In this document: piece by piece, positions 61,651 through 64,000 of the stretch | Position numbering within the stretch: the stretch's first letter is position 1 | Layout: each line of letters starts with the position of its first letter | Assembly (NCBI GenBank): GCA_052327205.1 | Contig: CM126222.1 | Location: forward strand, 62,620,001 to 62,684,000 | Direction of reading: 5' to 3' | Length of the DNA stretch: 64,000 nucleotides | Origin: Somniosus microcephalus | Lineage: Eukaryota | Translations under genes and position numbers: made by a program | The notes under the pieces: model-generated | What the model was told of the DNA's origin: nothing | The model's database searches: none | The model's input: only the letters and a program-made list of their open reading frames with translations

Positions 61651-62509
61651 TAGTACCTCGTCACCTGCTTGAACTACTGTACCCTTCTCCCCACCCTGTT
61701 CCGTCCCGCTGCTGCTCCCACCCAAAGCACCCATACCTTTTCCTCTCGCCACTCTATCTCCATACTGAGCACGTATGCCTTTCTCCCACTGTTCAGCAGC
61801 TGACCCACCCCTGACAAATCATGGTAAAGTGTTTAAAGATCTTTAAGCCTGTTCCGAGCAATGGTCAGACTTTTGCAACTGTGGGAGGCAGAGTCTAGGG
61901 AATTGAGGTTGGGTTGGTGCTAAAGTCTGATTGTAGCAGGAGGGTGAGCCAGCAGTAATCTCGAGAAACCTGTATTATTTGAAATAGGTATGCAGCAGTG
62001 GTGCTGGCAAAGCGCTTTTCTACATTTCTGGGGACTAATACTCCTTCAACTCCTCATCCTAGCTCCTGCAGCTCCCCCCCCTCTCCCACTTCGAGTACCC
62101 GAACCTTTCCCCTTCCCCACTCCCTCCTGCCACTTCCACACAGCCCCACGCTAAGAACCCATAAATCTAACCTCCACCAGTCTTCATTGCTGACACACCC
62201 TGAGCACGCCTGCTCTGTCTGGTTCCACATTAAGATAAGTGAAACAACTTGAAACTTGCCTTTTGGATAGCAGCCACCAGCCGTCAGTTTAAGGACCACT
62301 GGTTTGGCTGCTGTACGCTGAGCATTCTGTGGTCAGTCACAATCGTATATCACAAAGGAGCCTGAAGCAGGTGTTAGAATCATTGCTTATACAAATCGGG
62401 GGCCTAAGGCCAGTTTCAGGCAGGCACCCTGGATGACTACAGGGTGCACTAACCAATAAGGCACTTCTGGAACGGAATGAGCAGCGTGCACCATATTGGG
62501 TCTTGCAGT

Positions 62510-62653
62510 GGACCTGTCTGACCTGCTCTTGTAGCCACAGCATTTCTGTGGCTGGTCCAGTTACGTTTCTGGTCAATGGTGACCCCCCCAAGGTGTTGAT
62601 AGTGGGGGATTCGATGATGGTAATGCCATTGAATGTCAAGGGGAAGTGGTTAG
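62510..62653 (-). mobile_element. Fragment of the second non-LTR family, cut by the Gypsy LTR
   Basis: Matches 15840-15970 (ctgacctgctcttgtagcca...cattgaatgtcaaggg). Confidence 0.75.
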
Positions 62654-63033
62654 TGTGTCCGTGTATAATAAGACACAGACTGCGGAGAACGGCACAACAG
62701 TTGTTTACTCAACGTGGCTCACAGTGGAACTGATCTGTACAGATTACTACTCAGGGCTATATACAGGTGTGGTCACTGCCGGTACTGCAGTATACATGAG
62801 CTGTAAAAGATATGGTGTGGAGATGCCGGAGTTGGACTGGGGTGGACAAATGTAAGAAGTCACACAACACCAGGTTATAGTCCAACAGCTTTATTTGAAA
62901 TCACAAGCTGAAGAAGGAGCAGCGCTCCGAAAGCTTGTGATTTCAAATAAAGCTGTTGGACTATAACCTGGTGTTGTGTGACTTCTTACATCTGTAAAAG
63001 ATAGTTCTCCCCTTAAAAGGTATATACATTACA
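62654..63033 (-). mobile_element. Gypsy 3' LTR (~190 bp once the internal insertion is removed)
   Basis: Minus strand TGTAATG...GGACACA, preceded by polypurine tract AAAAGGGGAGGAAT (63034-63047). Confidence 0.7.
62813..62991. mobile_element. Inverted (fold-back) Penelope-like pLTR insertion with a hammerhead core, 12-bp TSD
   Basis: Perfect 60-bp IR 62850-62909 / 62932-62991; TSD CTGTAAAAGATA at 62801-12 and 62992-63003; core CTGAAGA-A-GGAGC(AGC)GCTCC-GAAA-GCTT. Confidence 0.75.
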
Positions 63034-63139
63034 ATTCCTCCCCTTTTAGATTAACAGTACCATAACACTCATTTAACATAAATATCAAACTAATTACAAT
63101 TAACACTTTTAACATGCAACATTAGCTGAAAATAGTTAT

Positions 63140-64000
63140 TTATATATTCAGTCTTTGGGGAGGCTTCCTGATCCTTTCTGGATAGCGCCTTTCCCGACTG
63201 TCTTGCTCTTGGTGCGGAGGCGATTCTGGCCCCCTGTCGTCGGTTGGTTCATCAGCTTCCGATGCTACTGTTTCTGGGGTAGATGCAACCTGTACGTCGG
63301 GTTCATCACCAGGTATGTATGGGCGAGGCATGGGGTTGACTTGTTCCTGTGACTCTAGGATCTGGTCAGCATGGCATCTCACGATGCTCTCCCCAACATC
63401 CACTGTGTACATTAGTGGGCCCTGCCGTGTGCATATCGTTCCTGGCTGCCATTTTTCTGTTGGGTAATCGCGGGCCAAGACTGGTTGCCCTACATTGAAG
63501 CTCCTTGTTGGCTTCTCATGGATGTGCTGGAATTGCTTACTCTCAACATCTCTTCATACGTTTGGTCTGAGCAAATCCAGGTGAGATCTTAACCTTCGGT
63601 TAAAGAACATCATGGTTGGGGCCTGGTTGGTGACTGCATGTGTCGCATTCTGGTAGGCGAACAGGAAATTGTCCACCTTGTGCTGCAGCGGAATGTTGTC
63701 ATTGTACATAGCCTTTATTGCCTACTTAAAGGTTTGTACGAACCTCTCAGCCAATCCATTTGTGGCTGGATGATACGGGGCGGATGTGTAATGCCTTACC
63801 CCATTCTTTTTCAAGAACCTCCGGAACTCTTCGGACACAAACTGTGGTCCGTTGTCGGAGCAAATCTGTTCTGGCAAGCCATTCCTGGCAAAAATGGTCC
63901 ATAGGACTGCAATAGTTTTCTCCGTGGCGGTGGAGGACATTTTGATGACCTCAGGCCATTTCGAGTGCGCATCCACGGCTATTAAAAACATTGAGTCCAT
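63140..64000 (-). mobile_element. Gypsy/Ty3 LTR retrotransposon pol 3' end (integrase), pseudogenised
   Basis: VDAHSKWPEV, FARNGLPEQICSDNGPQF, SAPYHPATNGLAERFVQTFK, then a stop; C-terminal RRYPERIRKPPQRL; runs off the window end. Confidence 0.9.

Noticed and set aside
62850-62991. CRISPR-like or terminator interpretation of the palindrome
   Set aside because: Eukaryotic context, a single inverted repeat, no spacer array, and a TSD indicating an insertion.

Overview
Eukaryotic genomic DNA, most likely from a cartilaginous fish (shark/elasmobranch), inferred from the repeat content: HE1/V-SINE-like and Deu-domain SINEs, CR1 and L2 LINEs, and Penelope elements. Two Golgi housekeeping genes lie head-to-head around one CpG island (~33.15-34.2 kb). 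COG1 is on the minus strand: 13 GT-AG coding exons from 33492 down to 160, chaining in frame for 938 codons, with the last exon outside the window. CANT1 is on the plus strand: three coding exons, 47887-53252, 402 aa. Most of the rest is nested transposon debris: CR1, L2, a second non-LTR family, SINEs, Tigger-like and hAT-like MITEs, a Neptune-type Penelope element and the 3' end of a Gypsy LTR element. Main observations: (1) two minimal hammerhead-ribozyme motifs from two Penelope-like families, one at the tip of a perfect 60-bp inverted repeat inserted with a 12-bp TSD into a Gypsy LTR; (2) inverted CR1 and MITE pairs bracketing mostly frame-preserving COG1 exon blocks (circRNA/skipping architecture); (3) a MITE family carrying RFX X-box palindromes; (4) the COG1-CANT1 bidirectional promoter; (5) a SINE micro-inversion and a SINE tail swap. 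Exon boundaries were read base by base. Boundaries of old repeats are approximate, and repeat family names are recognition from memory, not database hits.
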